Shown piece after piece: positions 1 through 9,840 of a stretch of DNA of 64,000 bases. The position numbers were made by a program, and so were the translations under genes. Numbering within the stretch: position 1 is the first letter of the stretch; every line of letters begins with the position of its first letter. The notes beneath the pieces are model-generated. The model saw nothing but the letters and a program-made list of their open reading frames with translations, made no database searches and was not told where the DNA came from. The DNA lies in IMG/VR virus record IMGVR_UViG_2883187667_000001, positions 1 through 64,000 of that record; one strand, 5' to 3'. The stretch is from a virus. Lineage: Duplodnaviria > Caudoviricetes.

Positions 1-1059
1 TTAACCCACTTTTCTCAGGAGAACCATTTCAGTTCCTCCATCATCGTTTATCAGTCTATCGACGCATGACATAAGCCTGTCAATTGTCGCTTTACTGTAA
101 TGCTGGGTGACAGTTCCGTGTCTATGCCCAAGCAGATCAGCAATATCCTCCTGTGAAACGTCAGCGCTACGTAGTCTCCTGGCAAATGTATGGCGCAAAT
201 CATGTACGCGCACATCATCCAAGCTAACCTTTGCGCGTGCGCTTTTCCACGCGCGATTATTCATCCGTGAAATTCTATTACCTTCCAGGGTAAATACCCA
301 CTCGCTTGACCTACCGCGCTGCGTGTTTACCGATGAGGCCGCAGTTGCGTTTAGCGGCACCATCTTATCGTATCCGTTCTTTGTTACCGATCCGGGTATA
401 ACAAACACGATACGATCACTGCCGGATACTGTAAATTCCCACTCCCATCTCAACCCGCATATTTCCTGATCCCTGCATCCAGTGTGTACTGCGAATGTTG
501 CCATATTCGCAAGGTAAGCAGGCAGCTCCTTGAACAACCTTACCTGTTCGGCCTGCGTTATCGGGCGCGGCTTTCTTGGGTCTAGCTTCATAATCGGCAG
601 CGTGGGTATTTTCTCAAGCCAGTAGTGCCCGCTTGCATCCCTCCATGCGGTGGCAGCATCGGATAACACGGCGCGAAACGCGCCTATTTCCCTCTTTATG
701 GTTGATGGAGATACATCCCTTGACTTAATATAATCATCGAAAATTTCAGCTCTCACCGCAGATAATTGCATATTGCCAAAGCATTTGACGATATGGCTCA
801 GTGCAATTATCTGCCGCTCTATGCCCCTCGCATCTTTGTTTTCCTTTACATACCGCTCGCATGCCTCGTCTACCGTGTGAGGCTCGCGCTCGCCATACAG
901 AATTGTGCTCCTTACCCGTCGCGTGACTTCCTCAAGGAGCCGCTCCGCCTCTGCGAGATCACTGCTGTGGCAGCTTTCGAAAATCCTGACGCCGCAGATT
1001 GTTTTTTCAATATGCCAAATTCCACTCCTTTTTCTAAGGCCTGGTGTTGGTTTTGCCAT
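1..1059 (-). CDS. int: Tyrosine recombinase / phage integrase
   Basis: Catalytic motifs HTGCR, HDLRH, LLGH...HY. Confidence 0.95.
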   Translation of the reverse strand: MAKPTPGLRKRSGIWHIEKTICGVRIFESCHSSDLAEAERLLEEVTRRVRSTILYGEREPHTVDEACERYVKENKDARGIERQIIALSHIVKCFGNMQLSAVRAEIFDDYIKSRDVSPSTIKREIGAFRAVLSDAATAWRDASGHYWLEKIPTLPIMKLDPRKPRPITQAEQVRLFKELPAYLANMATFAVHTGCRDQEICGLRWEWEFTVSGSDRIVFVIPGSVTKNGYDKMVPLNATAASSVNTQRGRSSEWVFTLEGNRISRMNNRAWKSARAKVSLDDVRVHDLRHTFARRLRSADVSQEDIADLLGHRHGTVTQHYSKATIDRLMSCVDRLINDDGGTEMVLLRKVG

Positions 1060-1283
1060 TTTACTTGCTCCATTTTTTCCCCAGGCTTTCCGTTCGCCGC
1101 TTTATATTGATCTACCCACGCGTCAATCTCAAGTCTGTCGTAGGCCACCGAGCGGCCGCCATCCTCCTGAATCTTTGTCAGATATGGGCGCACCTTCTTG
1201 TTAAACTCAGGTTCAGACATGTCCACATAAGCCGGGGCGCGGGCTTGCCTGATTAATCGCGGCTGCGTGCTGCCTCTGCTCAT
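912..1283 (-). CDS. Putative excisionase-like DNA-binding protein
   Basis: Directly upstream of and overlapping int; AlpA/Xis-like N-terminus (LIRQARAPAYVDMSEPEF...YDRLEIDAWVD). Confidence 0.6.
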   Translation of the reverse strand: MSRGSTQPRLIRQARAPAYVDMSEPEFNKKVRPYLTKIQEDGGRSVAYDRLEIDAWVDQYKAANGKPGEKMEQVKWQNQHQALEKGVEFGILKKQSAASGFSKAATAVISQRRSGSLRKSRDG

Positions 1284-1284
1284 A

Positions 1285-1458
1285 CTACCTCCGATAAAGC
1301 TGATGCCCCGCTGTTTCCCACCAGTACCGCATCGGGTGGAATATCTGCATGACCAGCTCGTTGTGAATCCGCTTTTTCTGCACAGCGATCTCGTGATCTA
1401 CGTTTGCCTTAAGATTTTCCCATTTTGATAATTGCACAAGCATTTTTTCGATTGTCAT
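1285..1458 (-). CDS. Small phage hypothetical protein (57 aa, not in ORF track)
   Basis: ATG overlapping upstream stop (ATGA), MTIEKMLVQLSKWENL..., fills gap in operon. Confidence 0.5.
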   Translation of the reverse strand: MTIEKMLVQLSKWENLKANVDHEIAVQKKRIHNELVMQIFHPMRYWWETAGHQLYRR

Positions 1459-1790
1459 TGCTTTATCTCTTTTTCCGATTGATGCACTGTGAAATTCCCG
1501 CTTTGCGCCACAAAAGCCATCGGGCTACGAGGAACCACCCCATGCTGTTCCATGCATGCAACGCCAACAGCAACTACCTTGCGTAACTCGTCGAGTGCTC
1601 CGGTATCTCCGCTCTGGCTCATGTAGGCGCGTTCTGCGTCGCTCAGCAGTTGGCGCATAATGAGTAACCAAGACCCGACTTCGTGCGGATGTTGTTCAAT
1701 AGTTCCCCACTTTCTATTTTGGTATACGCGCTCGTCATTAATTGCTGAATAAATTGCTTTTCTGTCTATCATTGTTTTTCCTGTGTTCAT
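1455..1790 (-). CDS. MazG/NTP-PPase-like helical phage protein
   Basis: ERVYQNRKWG...ELRKVVAVGVAC pattern; ATGA-coupled start at 1790. Confidence 0.5.
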   Translation of the reverse strand: MNTGKTMIDRKAIYSAINDERVYQNRKWGTIEQHPHEVGSWLLIMRQLLSDAERAYMSQSGDTGALDELRKVVAVGVACMEQHGVVPRSPMAFVAQSGNFTVHQSEKEIKQ

Positions 1791-2449
1791 GGATCGATCC
1801 TTTTGAATTCGATAACCCATACCCACGGATTTTTATCCCATGAGCCGGGGCCGTTGATTGATTCCCATAATTCTTTATAGGCATCCTCTGCGTAGCACTT
1901 GTTGTTCGGGTGCGGCGTAGTATGCGTAGCGTGATAAAAATCACCTTCGCGCCCATGTGTAATTCGGTTAATTCCTTCTGCTAGGACATCTTCTGTGCTA
2001 ATACCCTGCAACCGCTCGACCCTCACACCAGTAATCTCCAGCACTATACGGCTGGCCCAGCGCGGCATATGAATAGAGGGGTGCCAACGAATACCTCCCG
2101 CACCGCGATCAAACGATGCTTGGTAAATTGCCGCATAGTCGACATCGTTATGGTTAATTGTTATCGGCACACCGGCGCTACGAGCATATGCCATGCTAGG
2201 AACAATTGCGTGTGTTTCACGTACCCACAGCCAATCATCCTTACGCCCATAGGGACACTTCCAATTACCGCCAGCTCCACACGGATAACGCCACGTACCA
2301 AAAGATGAGTTATAGGTAATAGGTTTATCGATCCATCCTTGTACGTCGGGCTGGTTTTTTATAACCCGCCGTGTTTGCGTTTTTCTACCGTCAAGAATGG
2401 CTCGAACCATGCCGCCTGAAAAAATGATTGGTCGTTCTATTTTCGTCAT
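1787..2449 (-). CDS. ASCH/PUA-like phage protein
   Basis: PIIFSGGMVRAILDGRKTQTRR, WHPSIHMPRWASRI, NPWVWVIEF. Confidence 0.8.
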   Translation of the reverse strand: MTKIERPIIFSGGMVRAILDGRKTQTRRVIKNQPDVQGWIDKPITYNSSFGTWRYPCGAGGNWKCPYGRKDDWLWVRETHAIVPSMAYARSAGVPITINHNDVDYAAIYQASFDRGAGGIRWHPSIHMPRWASRIVLEITGVRVERLQGISTEDVLAEGINRITHGREGDFYHATHTTPHPNNKCYAEDAYKELWESINGPGSWDKNPWVWVIEFKRIDP

Positions 2450-2724
2450 ACAATCAATATTTCCCGTTGATTATTTGAACACATTCCTGGAACGTCGCTT
2501 TCCCCGTACCACCGGAGCAGCCAAGTATCACGCCATTTTGCGCGCCACATTTTTCCGGGGTAAACCCCGCTGGGTATTGATGAGCTGTATTCACTCAAAC
2601 GATTTAGATCATCATTACTCATGAGCGCATGCGTATCGTCAATAATGATGTTTTGCAACGACGGCTGATCCCAGCATTTACCCATTGGATCGGTTATTTT
2701 TGGTATTGTATTTATTGCCATCAC
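2446..2724 (-). CDS. Phage hypothetical protein
   Basis: Translationally coupled ORF in leftward early operon. Confidence 0.65.
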   Translation of the reverse strand: MMAINTIPKITDPMGKCWDQPSLQNIIIDDTHALMSNDDLNRLSEYSSSIPSGVYPGKMWRAKWRDTWLLRWYGESDVPGMCSNNQREILIV

Positions 2725-2963
2725 TCACCCCTTGCTTTTGCGTACATTGCCCGGTCAAAATCGTGCATGGCAGCAATAGGTGTATCCCCAAAACCGCAAA
2801 CTCCTGATTGCAGATCGTCACCCCACAAAAAACAGTAACTGTTTCCGTCGATTTTTGGTTTGATGCCCAATGCAACAGCCCAATAATTACGTTTAATCGC
2901 AGCCTCTTGCTCAATGGCTATAAGTTCACCAGCATGCGCGTGGAAGTGTTCAGGTATGTTCAT
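2721..2963 (-). CDS. Phage hypothetical protein
   Basis: Coupled ORF; LWGDDLQSGVCGFGDTP motif typical of small phage proteins. Confidence 0.65.
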   Translation of the reverse strand: MNIPEHFHAHAGELIAIEQEAAIKRNYWAVALGIKPKIDGNSYCFLWGDDLQSGVCGFGDTPIAAMHDFDRAMYAKARGE

Positions 2964-2965
2964 GA

Positions 2966-3349
2966 CTAATTACTCCTTGCTTTTGCGAGTATGGCGCGGG
3001 CGAATCCATATAAGCACTCATTTGCTCGCATGGCCCCAACTTCCGAGCACCATATTCTGAAAATCTCCCCGTCCGTAAGTTCGCGCAGCGGTGCTGGATG
3101 CGTATATAGATTTTCATAGTTCGGATGATCCTTGATTTCCGCTATATCTTCGTCATCCAGGTGATCTGCGTTAAGAATTATCGGAGCGCCGACTACTCTC
3201 GCGAATGCTACCGGCTTCTGCTCAACCTCCGGTAGCGCATGGTAAACGGCGCTATAAATAGCGTCAGCGCTTAGATCGGCGGGGAGCATGACACTTCTCA
3301 ATATGGATTGCAGTACTTCACGCGTTGGCTCTTTCTGTAAAGTTTTCAT
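2966..3349 (-). CDS. Phage hypothetical protein
   Basis: Coupled ORF; LYTHPAPLRELTDGEI...FARAI pattern of early phage proteins. Confidence 0.6.
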   Translation of the reverse strand: MKTLQKEPTREVLQSILRSVMLPADLSADAIYSAVYHALPEVEQKPVAFARVVGAPIILNADHLDDEDIAEIKDHPNYENLYTHPAPLRELTDGEIFRIWCSEVGAMRANECLYGFARAILAKARSN

Positions 3350-3693
3350 TCCGCACCTCCAGTAATAGTTGCATTTCTACCCCTGCTTCTCTGCTCCAGC
3401 GCAAACCCGTTACCGGCTGACCGCGATTGCGCAAACTCCATTTCACGCCGATAAAAAAACGTCATTGTGCGCGCCCACAAAATGGGTATTGGAATGCCAC
3501 AGTCCATATCCCAACGCACAGATTTATCACTATCGCGCAATACCAGGGCGCGGGTTTCGTCATACGGCAACGCACTGAGCATCATTAATTGCGTGTCGTG
3601 CTTAATGCGCATGTCATCAAGCTGTTTTTTAATTGCAGCGGTTTCTGCTTTCGACTGGCGCAGTTTTTCTGTTAGGTGGTCAATTGCGGTCAT
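3346..3693 (-). CDS. Phage hypothetical protein
   Basis: Coupled ORF in operon. Confidence 0.55.
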   Translation of the reverse strand: MTAIDHLTEKLRQSKAETAAIKKQLDDMRIKHDTQLMMLSALPYDETRALVLRDSDKSVRWDMDCGIPIPILWARTMTFFYRREMEFAQSRSAGNGFALEQRSRGRNATITGGAE

Positions 3694-3699
3694 TTGTAT

Positions 3700-3921
3700 C
3701 TATCCGCACTCCGGTTTGTCGAAAAACCGTATATGCTCAACAGGAATATTACCTATGGTTCCGTCCTGTCGCTCAATAATTGCGGTGGTAAAATTCCCTG
3801 CCCCGCCCTCAAACTCTTCGTAATTGGTGCCAAATTGATGAAATATGGCCTCATATTGTCCTGTGAGAACATTTCGCCCGTTTTCACATTCGTACACGCT
3901 AACCATAACTTTTCTGATCAT
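3700..3921 (-). CDS. Phage hypothetical protein
   Basis: FHQFG..YEEFE.GAGNFTTAIIE..DG motif; good RBS. Confidence 0.65.
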   Translation of the reverse strand: MIRKVMVSVYECENGRNVLTGQYEAIFHQFGTNYEEFEGGAGNFTTAIIERQDGTIGNIPVEHIRFFDKPECG

Positions 3922-4018
3922 CTAATCCCCCTCTGCCGCCGCAATTTGCGGCGCTCGCTGTAATTGCGTCTGCTGTTTATCTGGATTTTGTCTATTGACC
4001 AGTAGCGGGAATGGGCGG

Positions 4019-4207
4019 TCATGCGCTAACCTCATCTTGTTTTTTAAAAACAAACCGCGACGGAGACCAGTCGCAATTAATATCTGTATCAACATGCCCA
4101 AAAATAAATTTGCAGCGACTAATGTGTGCGCAATCTCCGCATGTAAGCCCTGCGGGAAGCATCATTTTGTCAGGGTCTTCAGGATTGTAATTTAGGCTAT
4201 TACTCAT
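4019..4207 (-). CDS. Small Cys-rich phage protein
   Basis: CGDCAH..RC...CDWSPSRF; coupled start. Confidence 0.6.
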   Translation of the reverse strand: MSNSLNYNPEDPDKMMLPAGLTCGDCAHISRCKFIFGHVDTDINCDWSPSRFVFKKQDEVSA

Positions 4208-4539
4208 GATGCACTCTCCGCAATTTCTTGCGCATATGCTGGATTTTCTCTAAACGAAATAGGCTCGAATTCGTCGAGCTTAAGTCCGAGGCGCTTGCCG
4301 TCACGCGCCGTTACACTCACAGCACCCCATTTATTTACCATACAGTCGTGCTCGCCAGCGGCAACGCCAGCGCCACGGAACGGGAAATCTCCGAACTTAT
4401 CTTTTAAAACGCGGATGCGATCAGGAATAAACCTGGGCATTATTTTCAGTGCTGCGGCCTTATAATAGACATAATGTTTTTCAAGATTTATGCAGTATTC
4501 ACGATGCATGCAAGCATTGAATTCGCTATGAATGGTCAT
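4204..4539 (-). CDS. Phage hypothetical protein
   Basis: Coupled ORF. Confidence 0.55.
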   Translation of the reverse strand: MTIHSEFNACMHREYCINLEKHYVYYKAAALKIMPRFIPDRIRVLKDKFGDFPFRGAGVAAGEHDCMVNKWGAVSVTARDGKRLGLKLDEFEPISFRENPAYAQEIAESAS

Positions 4540-4928
4540 AATGTAACTCTATCGATTTCGGCTATTACGGAATCAATAAATATGGCGGTATCTGCCATAA
4601 CGCAATCATTCTCTACTATGTCTGATTGTGTCTGTTTTAGCGCAGCAAGCAACCGATCGCGCTGTTTTTCAAGCTTTGCCGCATATGTACTCGCACCTGC
4701 CGCCGTCCATCCTCCATCAAGCGCATCTTGCGGTAATCCGGCGCATGCGTTGACGCAAGCTACAGCTCGGCGCATATTGAGAATTGACTGTTCATCGCTT
4801 TCACTTGTTGCATACAGCATGAAGTTAGCTATGAGCTTACAGCCTGGGCCGGTTATGTATCCTGGTTCAGTTTCAGCCACGTACCACGGCTCATTTTCAT
4901 GAGACGGCTCCCTTTCGTGAGCGGTCAT
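4536..4928 (-). CDS. Phage hypothetical protein
   Basis: NMRRAVACVNACAG motif of early phage proteins; coupled. Confidence 0.65.
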   Translation of the reverse strand: MTAHEREPSHENEPWYVAETEPGYITGPGCKLIANFMLYATSESDEQSILNMRRAVACVNACAGLPQDALDGGWTAAGASTYAAKLEKQRDRLLAALKQTQSDIVENDCVMADTAIFIDSVIAEIDRVTL

Positions 4929-6676
4929 GCGGCCTCCTGCATTTTTTGGTTTTCGATAACACCGCCCTCAATCCAGTACGATTGATTCACGCGACTCGGT
5001 AAATTCGGTGCGGATTTGAGAGTTCCCAGCACGATTGCCGTTTCAATTTCTCCCTGCAATGCCAACTCTTCCAGCCAGCAAAACAGGTCTTCACGACCCT
5101 TCAGGCTCAGCACGTCGAAACCGTCCAGCACGATGAATTTCAACCCGGACAAATGACTGATAGCCTCGGCGATCATTGCGTCAGCGCGCCACTTTGCGGA
5201 TACCGATAACAACCTGTAGTCGATGGGCTGCTCGCCTTCTTCGGCAGCGTAGATTTCCATATCCGGACCGATATTGATGCGCTTCCATTCGGCGATATTG
5301 GCCGAGTACGCAAGCCGCTCGTTAATCGGTTCGAGCGCCGCTTTCAGCATGTCGCCAGGTATGCCGTCGGGCGCCAGGGCGTCGGCGATCTTCGACCAGT
5401 CCGACACGCTGTTATGTGCGACCAGCGCTTTTTTTGTATTTACGTCCGCCTGTTCTGCAGCGGTTTTGGCTGATTTCAATGCGTCCAGCGCACGTCTTTT
5501 TTCCTGCTGTTCGGCCTGCAGTTTTTCTGCCGACTCACGGGCGGCGTCGATCTGCCCCGGCGCGGGCGCATCGCCGAGCGTTGAGTTGATCTCCTCCAGC
5601 TGCGCCTTCGCCTTCTTGGCTTCTTCAATGGCGCGCTTGCCGTTGTTTACGCAGGACTCCAGTAGTGCGTAGGATTTTTCGTGCGTCGCTATGCCGGACT
5701 CGGTAACCGGGTTTTCAACTTCCGGTAGTTCTGGATATGGTTCCAGCCTATCAACCTGAAAATACAGTGCTGCGCCGCACTCCGGGCAACCGTACATGGT
5801 TGGCGTGTGGCTTTTGATGCGTCCACGCATATCCTCGATTAAGGCGCGCTCGCGCTCCAGATCGGTTTGATCTATTCCGAGTTTGCGCTGCAGACGTTCA
5901 ATCATGCCGGCCTTCTGTTCCAGCTCGGCGCGGCGCTGTAGGCTGTCTTGATGCTGCTGCCATGACTGATTTAGCGCGCCCAGCGTTTGCTGAGCGATCG
6001 GCAGGCGTTCGCGATTAATAAAATCAATTTGCTTTTCCAGATCAACAATCGCTGCTTCGTCAAATTCAGGTTTTGACACCTGCCAACCATCCGCTTTTTT
6101 CTCGCCGTACACTTCGCCGGTTATCGCCTTCCATGCCGCTTTTTCATCTCGCGCACGTTGCGCCGCTTCCTTATTTGCGGCATCGAATCCAGAGCGTAGC
6201 ATCGGGAGTATGATTTCTGTTTTTGTTGCATCACAGCCTCTTTCCAGTAGCTTGGTTTTTACGAATTCCGGTTTGGCCGATACCCCCATTAAATCAAACA
6301 GGAGTGCGCGGCGACTGTTTGTATCGAGCCGAGCAAATCGGCTTGTAGCGAGCAAATAGGTCAGCCGCTCTGACGCATATTCGCCGACGCCAATCTTTAT
6401 TTGCCGCGGCGTTATCGACGCCGAAAACGTGCCAACATTCGTTTCTATGCAAATTTCAGCGCGCTTGTCGGTTGATCCATGGTTGATGAGCTCATGCGAT
6501 TCGCTCTTCTTGCTGACCCGGCACAGCTCGCCGGTCAGCGCCAATGCGATTGCGTCGCGGATACTGCTTTTGCCGGCTTCGTTGTTTCCAGCGATCACCG
6601 TTACCGGTACGCGTGCCGATATATTTACCGACCGCACGGCGAGAAAGTCGGTGATGCTGATACTTTGGATTTTCAT
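4925..6676 (-). CDS. SbcC/Rad50-like coiled-coil ABC ATPase
   Basis: Walker A GNNEAGKS, CPEC zinc hook in coiled coil, LS-S signature, VLDGFD Walker B. Confidence 0.85.
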   Translation of the reverse strand: MKIQSISITDFLAVRSVNISARVPVTVIAGNNEAGKSSIRDAIALALTGELCRVSKKSESHELINHGSTDKRAEICIETNVGTFSASITPRQIKIGVGEYASERLTYLLATSRFARLDTNSRRALLFDLMGVSAKPEFVKTKLLERGCDATKTEIILPMLRSGFDAANKEAAQRARDEKAAWKAITGEVYGEKKADGWQVSKPEFDEAAIVDLEKQIDFINRERLPIAQQTLGALNQSWQQHQDSLQRRAELEQKAGMIERLQRKLGIDQTDLERERALIEDMRGRIKSHTPTMYGCPECGAALYFQVDRLEPYPELPEVENPVTESGIATHEKSYALLESCVNNGKRAIEEAKKAKAQLEEINSTLGDAPAPGQIDAARESAEKLQAEQQEKRRALDALKSAKTAAEQADVNTKKALVAHNSVSDWSKIADALAPDGIPGDMLKAALEPINERLAYSANIAEWKRINIGPDMEIYAAEEGEQPIDYRLLSVSAKWRADAMIAEAISHLSGLKFIVLDGFDVLSLKGREDLFCWLEELALQGEIETAIVLGTLKSAPNLPSRVNQSYWIEGGVIENQKMQEAA

Positions 6677-7953
6677 TATTCAATGCTCCCGATGTTTCCG
6701 CGACGGCGCTGGCCGGCCTGCTGTTTCGGCGACTTCTTTGCCGCTATCGCCGCGTTGAGTTGCGCCCATTCGGATTCGGTGAATTGGCCCGGTTGTTCGG
6801 TTTGCGCGTTATTCAGTTCGCGCTCGGCCTCGGCAATATCCGCTTCTGCGCTGGATCCGTTGATGTAGTCGAGCCATGGCGTGAGTTTTTCTGACGGCGC
6901 GCGCTGCTCTGAGTCCAGTTTTTGCTGATGGCGCTCTTGGCGTGACGTGCTTTGCTGGCGAGTTTGTTGCACCGGATCAGGCTCCGGTTCTACATTTTTA
7001 GTGAAATTCTTTGGCAGTGTTTCGCCTTGCTTGTGTTCCAGGCTGGTTACTTCGCCGGTTTCCGTGTCGATGTTTTCGTCTTCGTAAATCGGCGCGTCAT
7101 CAGGAACCAGGTTGTAATCGCCGTCTATCGCATCGAGACCTTGATCCTTACCTGCGTCTGCCATGCTGTCCAGTGCAGCAGCGGTCTGGAACTCAATGGA
7201 AAGCGGCAGGTATTTTGACAGTCGGCGAATAACCGTCTTGCGCCCCATTTCTGTAAAATGATCCCACCAAGGCGAGTTGGCTTTTACTTTTTCACCCGTC
7301 TTTTTTCCGTTCTTCCATTCGTCCTTATATGCGCTTTGGCTGCTGTCGCGGATACTTTCAATTTGTTGGCGGCTCATGAATTCAAACGAGTGTCCGCCGT
7401 CCTTGAGTTTGGCAACGGCATAGAAACCAATGATTTCTCCCCGCTCACCGAGAGCCGGTTTATGCTCCAGCTTTTCATCCAATCCATAAACCATTTCAAA
7501 GTGGTCTTTCTCGCATACCTCGTGAGCGGCAATGCTGACAATCTGTCCAGAACGGCGCGCCAGATCGATCAGTCCCTTGTAACCGATAATGACCTGGACA
7601 GAATTCACCCAGCGCTCATTGCCCTGTGGATCCTTGCGCTTGGTATTGAACGGAACCAGATATGCATGACCCAGCACTGTATTGGGCTCCAGCCCCATCT
7701 GTGCGCACTGGTCGATAGCGCCGATCAGGCTGGGTACGTCGCACTTTGCAAGGGCTGGCGTCGTTGTGGCGGCAATCTGAGCTACTTTCAGAAGCCGCTC
7801 AATATTCAGGTGCTGCGGCAGCATCTTGGCTATTTCCGCCTTTTTGCTGTTCAGCAGGTAGGCTACCTGCTCCTTGGGCTTCATTTCGGAAACCGGACGA
7901 TGCTTTCCTTGGCCGGATTTCATATCGGATAAATTTTGTACTTGTGCATTCAT
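6676..7953 (-). CDS. recT: RecT single-strand annealing protein
   Basis: GLEPN..LGHAYLVPF, IIGYKGLIDLARRSG, EMGRKTVIRRL; start taken at MNAQVQ (RBS AGAGGA). Confidence 0.9.
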   Translation of the reverse strand: MNAQVQNLSDMKSGQGKHRPVSEMKPKEQVAYLLNSKKAEIAKMLPQHLNIERLLKVAQIAATTTPALAKCDVPSLIGAIDQCAQMGLEPNTVLGHAYLVPFNTKRKDPQGNERWVNSVQVIIGYKGLIDLARRSGQIVSIAAHEVCEKDHFEMVYGLDEKLEHKPALGERGEIIGFYAVAKLKDGGHSFEFMSRQQIESIRDSSQSAYKDEWKNGKKTGEKVKANSPWWDHFTEMGRKTVIRRLSKYLPLSIEFQTAAALDSMADAGKDQGLDAIDGDYNLVPDDAPIYEDENIDTETGEVTSLEHKQGETLPKNFTKNVEPEPDPVQQTRQQSTSRQERHQQKLDSEQRAPSEKLTPWLDYINGSSAEADIAEAERELNNAQTEQPGQFTESEWAQLNAAIAAKKSPKQQAGQRRRGNIGSIE

Positions 7954-7957
7954 GGTT

Positions 7958-8767
7958 TTATTCCTCTTTAAATGGGCAGCTTTTGTAGCGTGCGCAGTAT
8001 TTCTCACTACAAAGTAATGACTTGGGGTTCGGGTAAAACCTGCCCGTCCTGAACATGTCTGCGGCGAACTCAATCAATCCCGGTTGATCTTCGGTCCCGA
8101 CCATTACGCGCTTTGCGTTGTTGATTTCTCCGTAGCCTATTTCCGGCGTACCTTTCGTTTTCAGGCCGATGATTTCACCCGGAGCCGATATTTCTGTTCC
8201 CGTGCTGTGTTCGAACAGCAGTTCGTAGGTTCCGATCTGCGCGCCATGGCCCTTGGTGACTGCCGCCTTTTTCTGCACCGCGTTCGATCCGCTCTTCAGA
8301 TCGGTTATGCCGATAGCGCCGTCTTTGTGTTTATGCACGCGCGCCCGATCCAGTGTCCCGGTCAGCCTGACATGGATATCCGAGCCGCAATCGATTACCA
8401 GCGGCTTCGTTTCCATCTCAACCGACACGTAGTCGTAATTTGGCGCAACCTCGGCGCAGTATTTCGATAGCAGACTGATACCGATGCGCTCCGCGTCCTT
8501 TACTGACAGGTCATCTCGCGCTGGGTCGTATTCGTTTTCCGGGTCGCGCAACTTATCAACCAGCACGCCGGCTGCATCATCTATGGTTAGCGAGTCGCCG
8601 GAGATACGCGCCTGATCGAAAACAGCGGTCCCAGCATGGATAGCGGTTCCCAGCGCGGCGCGCAGGCCGATTGTATTTTTCATTCCAAGAAGATGAACGC
8701 CCTCCCACTTCATAGCGCAGTCAAACAGACCAGCCCATGAACTCGCTCTAACAGTTATCTCAGTCAT
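7958..8767 (-). CDS. PD-(D/E)XK RecB/Cas4-like exonuclease
   Basis: GTAIH, GTLD, DLKSG, QIGTY, C-terminal C..C....C cluster; adjacent to recT; start MTEITVRASS. Confidence 0.85.
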   Translation of the reverse strand: MTEITVRASSWAGLFDCAMKWEGVHLLGMKNTIGLRAALGTAIHAGTAVFDQARISGDSLTIDDAAGVLVDKLRDPENEYDPARDDLSVKDAERIGISLLSKYCAEVAPNYDYVSVEMETKPLVIDCGSDIHVRLTGTLDRARVHKHKDGAIGITDLKSGSNAVQKKAAVTKGHGAQIGTYELLFEHSTGTEISAPGEIIGLKTKGTPEIGYGEINNAKRVMVGTEDQPGLIEFAADMFRTGRFYPNPKSLLCSEKYCARYKSCPFKEE

Positions 8768-9015
8768 GCCGCCCTCCTCATCTCCAGCCGCTGCCGCCTT
8801 TCTTCCCGAGCCATTGCAATAATCTGCTGCTCCAGCTCGCGGAATGCACATTCGAGAATTATTTCCGTGACATCCTTGCCTTGATAGAAGACCTTGTCGA
8901 TAACGACGCTTTCCGGCGCTCCCGGCTCTGATTGCGTAGGTCCATATCCGCGCTCGTAATCGCAGTGCACCAGAACCACATCGTTGTTTAATTTGCATTC
9001 GACTATGTTTATCAT
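8764..9015 (-). CDS. Phage hypothetical protein
   Basis: Coupled ORF ending MRRAA. Confidence 0.6.
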   Translation of the reverse strand: MINIVECKLNNDVVLVHCDYERGYGPTQSEPGAPESVVIDKVFYQGKDVTEIILECAFRELEQQIIAMAREERRQRLEMRRAA

Positions 9016-9263
9016 TGGTCACCTACCCTGCTGAGTGCGGAAACGTCAGCGTTTGCCACCAACTCGGCATCTTCGCTATCAATCCGCCCTGAAATACCGA
9101 TTAACGCGAGGATCAGCATCAAAATTGCCAGCTCACGAAGTTTTTTTATTACGATGCCTGTTGTTAAACGTCGGCGCGCCCACCGTAGCGACATACATGA
9201 TCGATATTTGCAGTGCATGGCATACGCGATAAGCGCGTGTCTCTGATTAATGCTCTGGTTCAT
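9012..9263 (-). CDS. Phage hypothetical protein with one hydrophobic helix
   Basis: RBS AGGAG, coupled to next gene. Confidence 0.55.
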   Translation of the reverse strand: MNQSINQRHALIAYAMHCKYRSCMSLRWARRRLTTGIVIKKLRELAILMLILALIGISGRIDSEDAELVANADVSALSRVGDQ

Positions 9264-9491
9264 GATTACTCCTGCTGCGAATTAGTACCGGTATGCGATC
9301 CGGTAACGGACAACCTGGATTGACGGGATTCGTGTATCTAACGTCCCCAGCCGGTTGCCATGATTCCGATAACACTCGGTTTTCTTGTGTGCACTACCTA
9401 CCCTACGTAAACTTCATTTATCCAGCGTTTTACGGCGCTTTCGGATAAAGGAAGCGCCCTCGTGAGAAGGCGCTATACCTGGAGCTCTGGA

Positions 9492-9671
9492 TTAATCTGG
9501 ATCGTGCGTTTGCAGCGCTTCTTCGATTTCTTCTTCAGCGTTCGGATCTGCCGCAGCCAGTACCTGGGTCTCAGGATCGAAGTCGCCGACGATCAGCTCC
9601 CTGTCGCGCAAAGTATCAATTGCGTCCTGAAGAAACGGATCGATTTCAGATTTTTCATTTTCATTGGTCAT
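9492..9671 (-). CDS. Small highly acidic protein (candidate DNA mimic/anti-defence)
   Basis: 59 aa, 19 D/E vs 3 K/R; in pL leader downstream of the solitary CRISPR repeat. Confidence 0.6.
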   Translation of the reverse strand: MTNENEKSEIDPFLQDAIDTLRDRELIVGDFDPETQVLAAADPNAEEEIEEALQTHDPD

Positions 9672-9812
9672 TTGTATTTCCAAAAGTTGTGTTTAAAAAG
9701 TGCGTTCTCTCCCGCCGTCGCGAATCTTTCGGCCATCGTTGCGGCTGTAACGGTAATCAGCTACCGACTGCTTTGTTGATCCGGCTACCGTCGCTTTGAT
9801 TTCAGTGTTTCC

Positions 9813-9840
9813 TTTCTAAGCTGCCTATACGGCAGCGAAC
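9813..9840 (-). CRISPR. Solitary type I-F CRISPR repeat unit (candidate Racr)
   Basis: Minus strand reads GTTCGCTGCCGTATAGGCAGCTTAGAAA: 28 nt, CTGCC-GTATA-GGCAG Cas6f hairpin and 8-nt CTTAGAAA handle; no second repeat or cas operon seen. Confidence 0.9.

Noticed and set aside
1-1059. Left-end integrase as the integron integrase for the attC sites
   Set aside because: It has phage-integrase architecture with an adjacent xis-like gene, lacks a recognisable IntI-specific insertion and is 43 kb away
9264-9490. Possible tRNA in the pL leader
   Set aside because: Hairpins are present but no TTC-loop/cloverleaf geometry or CCA end was recognised
9781-9812. Pseudo-spacer start GGAAA matching CC-GGAAA of the late-promoter motif (I-F CC PAM)
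   Set aside because: Only positions 1-5 match; seed positions 7-8 mismatch, so guided repression of late promoters is not supported
9813-9840. A true CRISPR array or CRISPR-Cas locus
   Set aside because: Only one repeat and no cas operon; the Cas4-like nuclease at 7958-8767 is the RecT partner exonuclease
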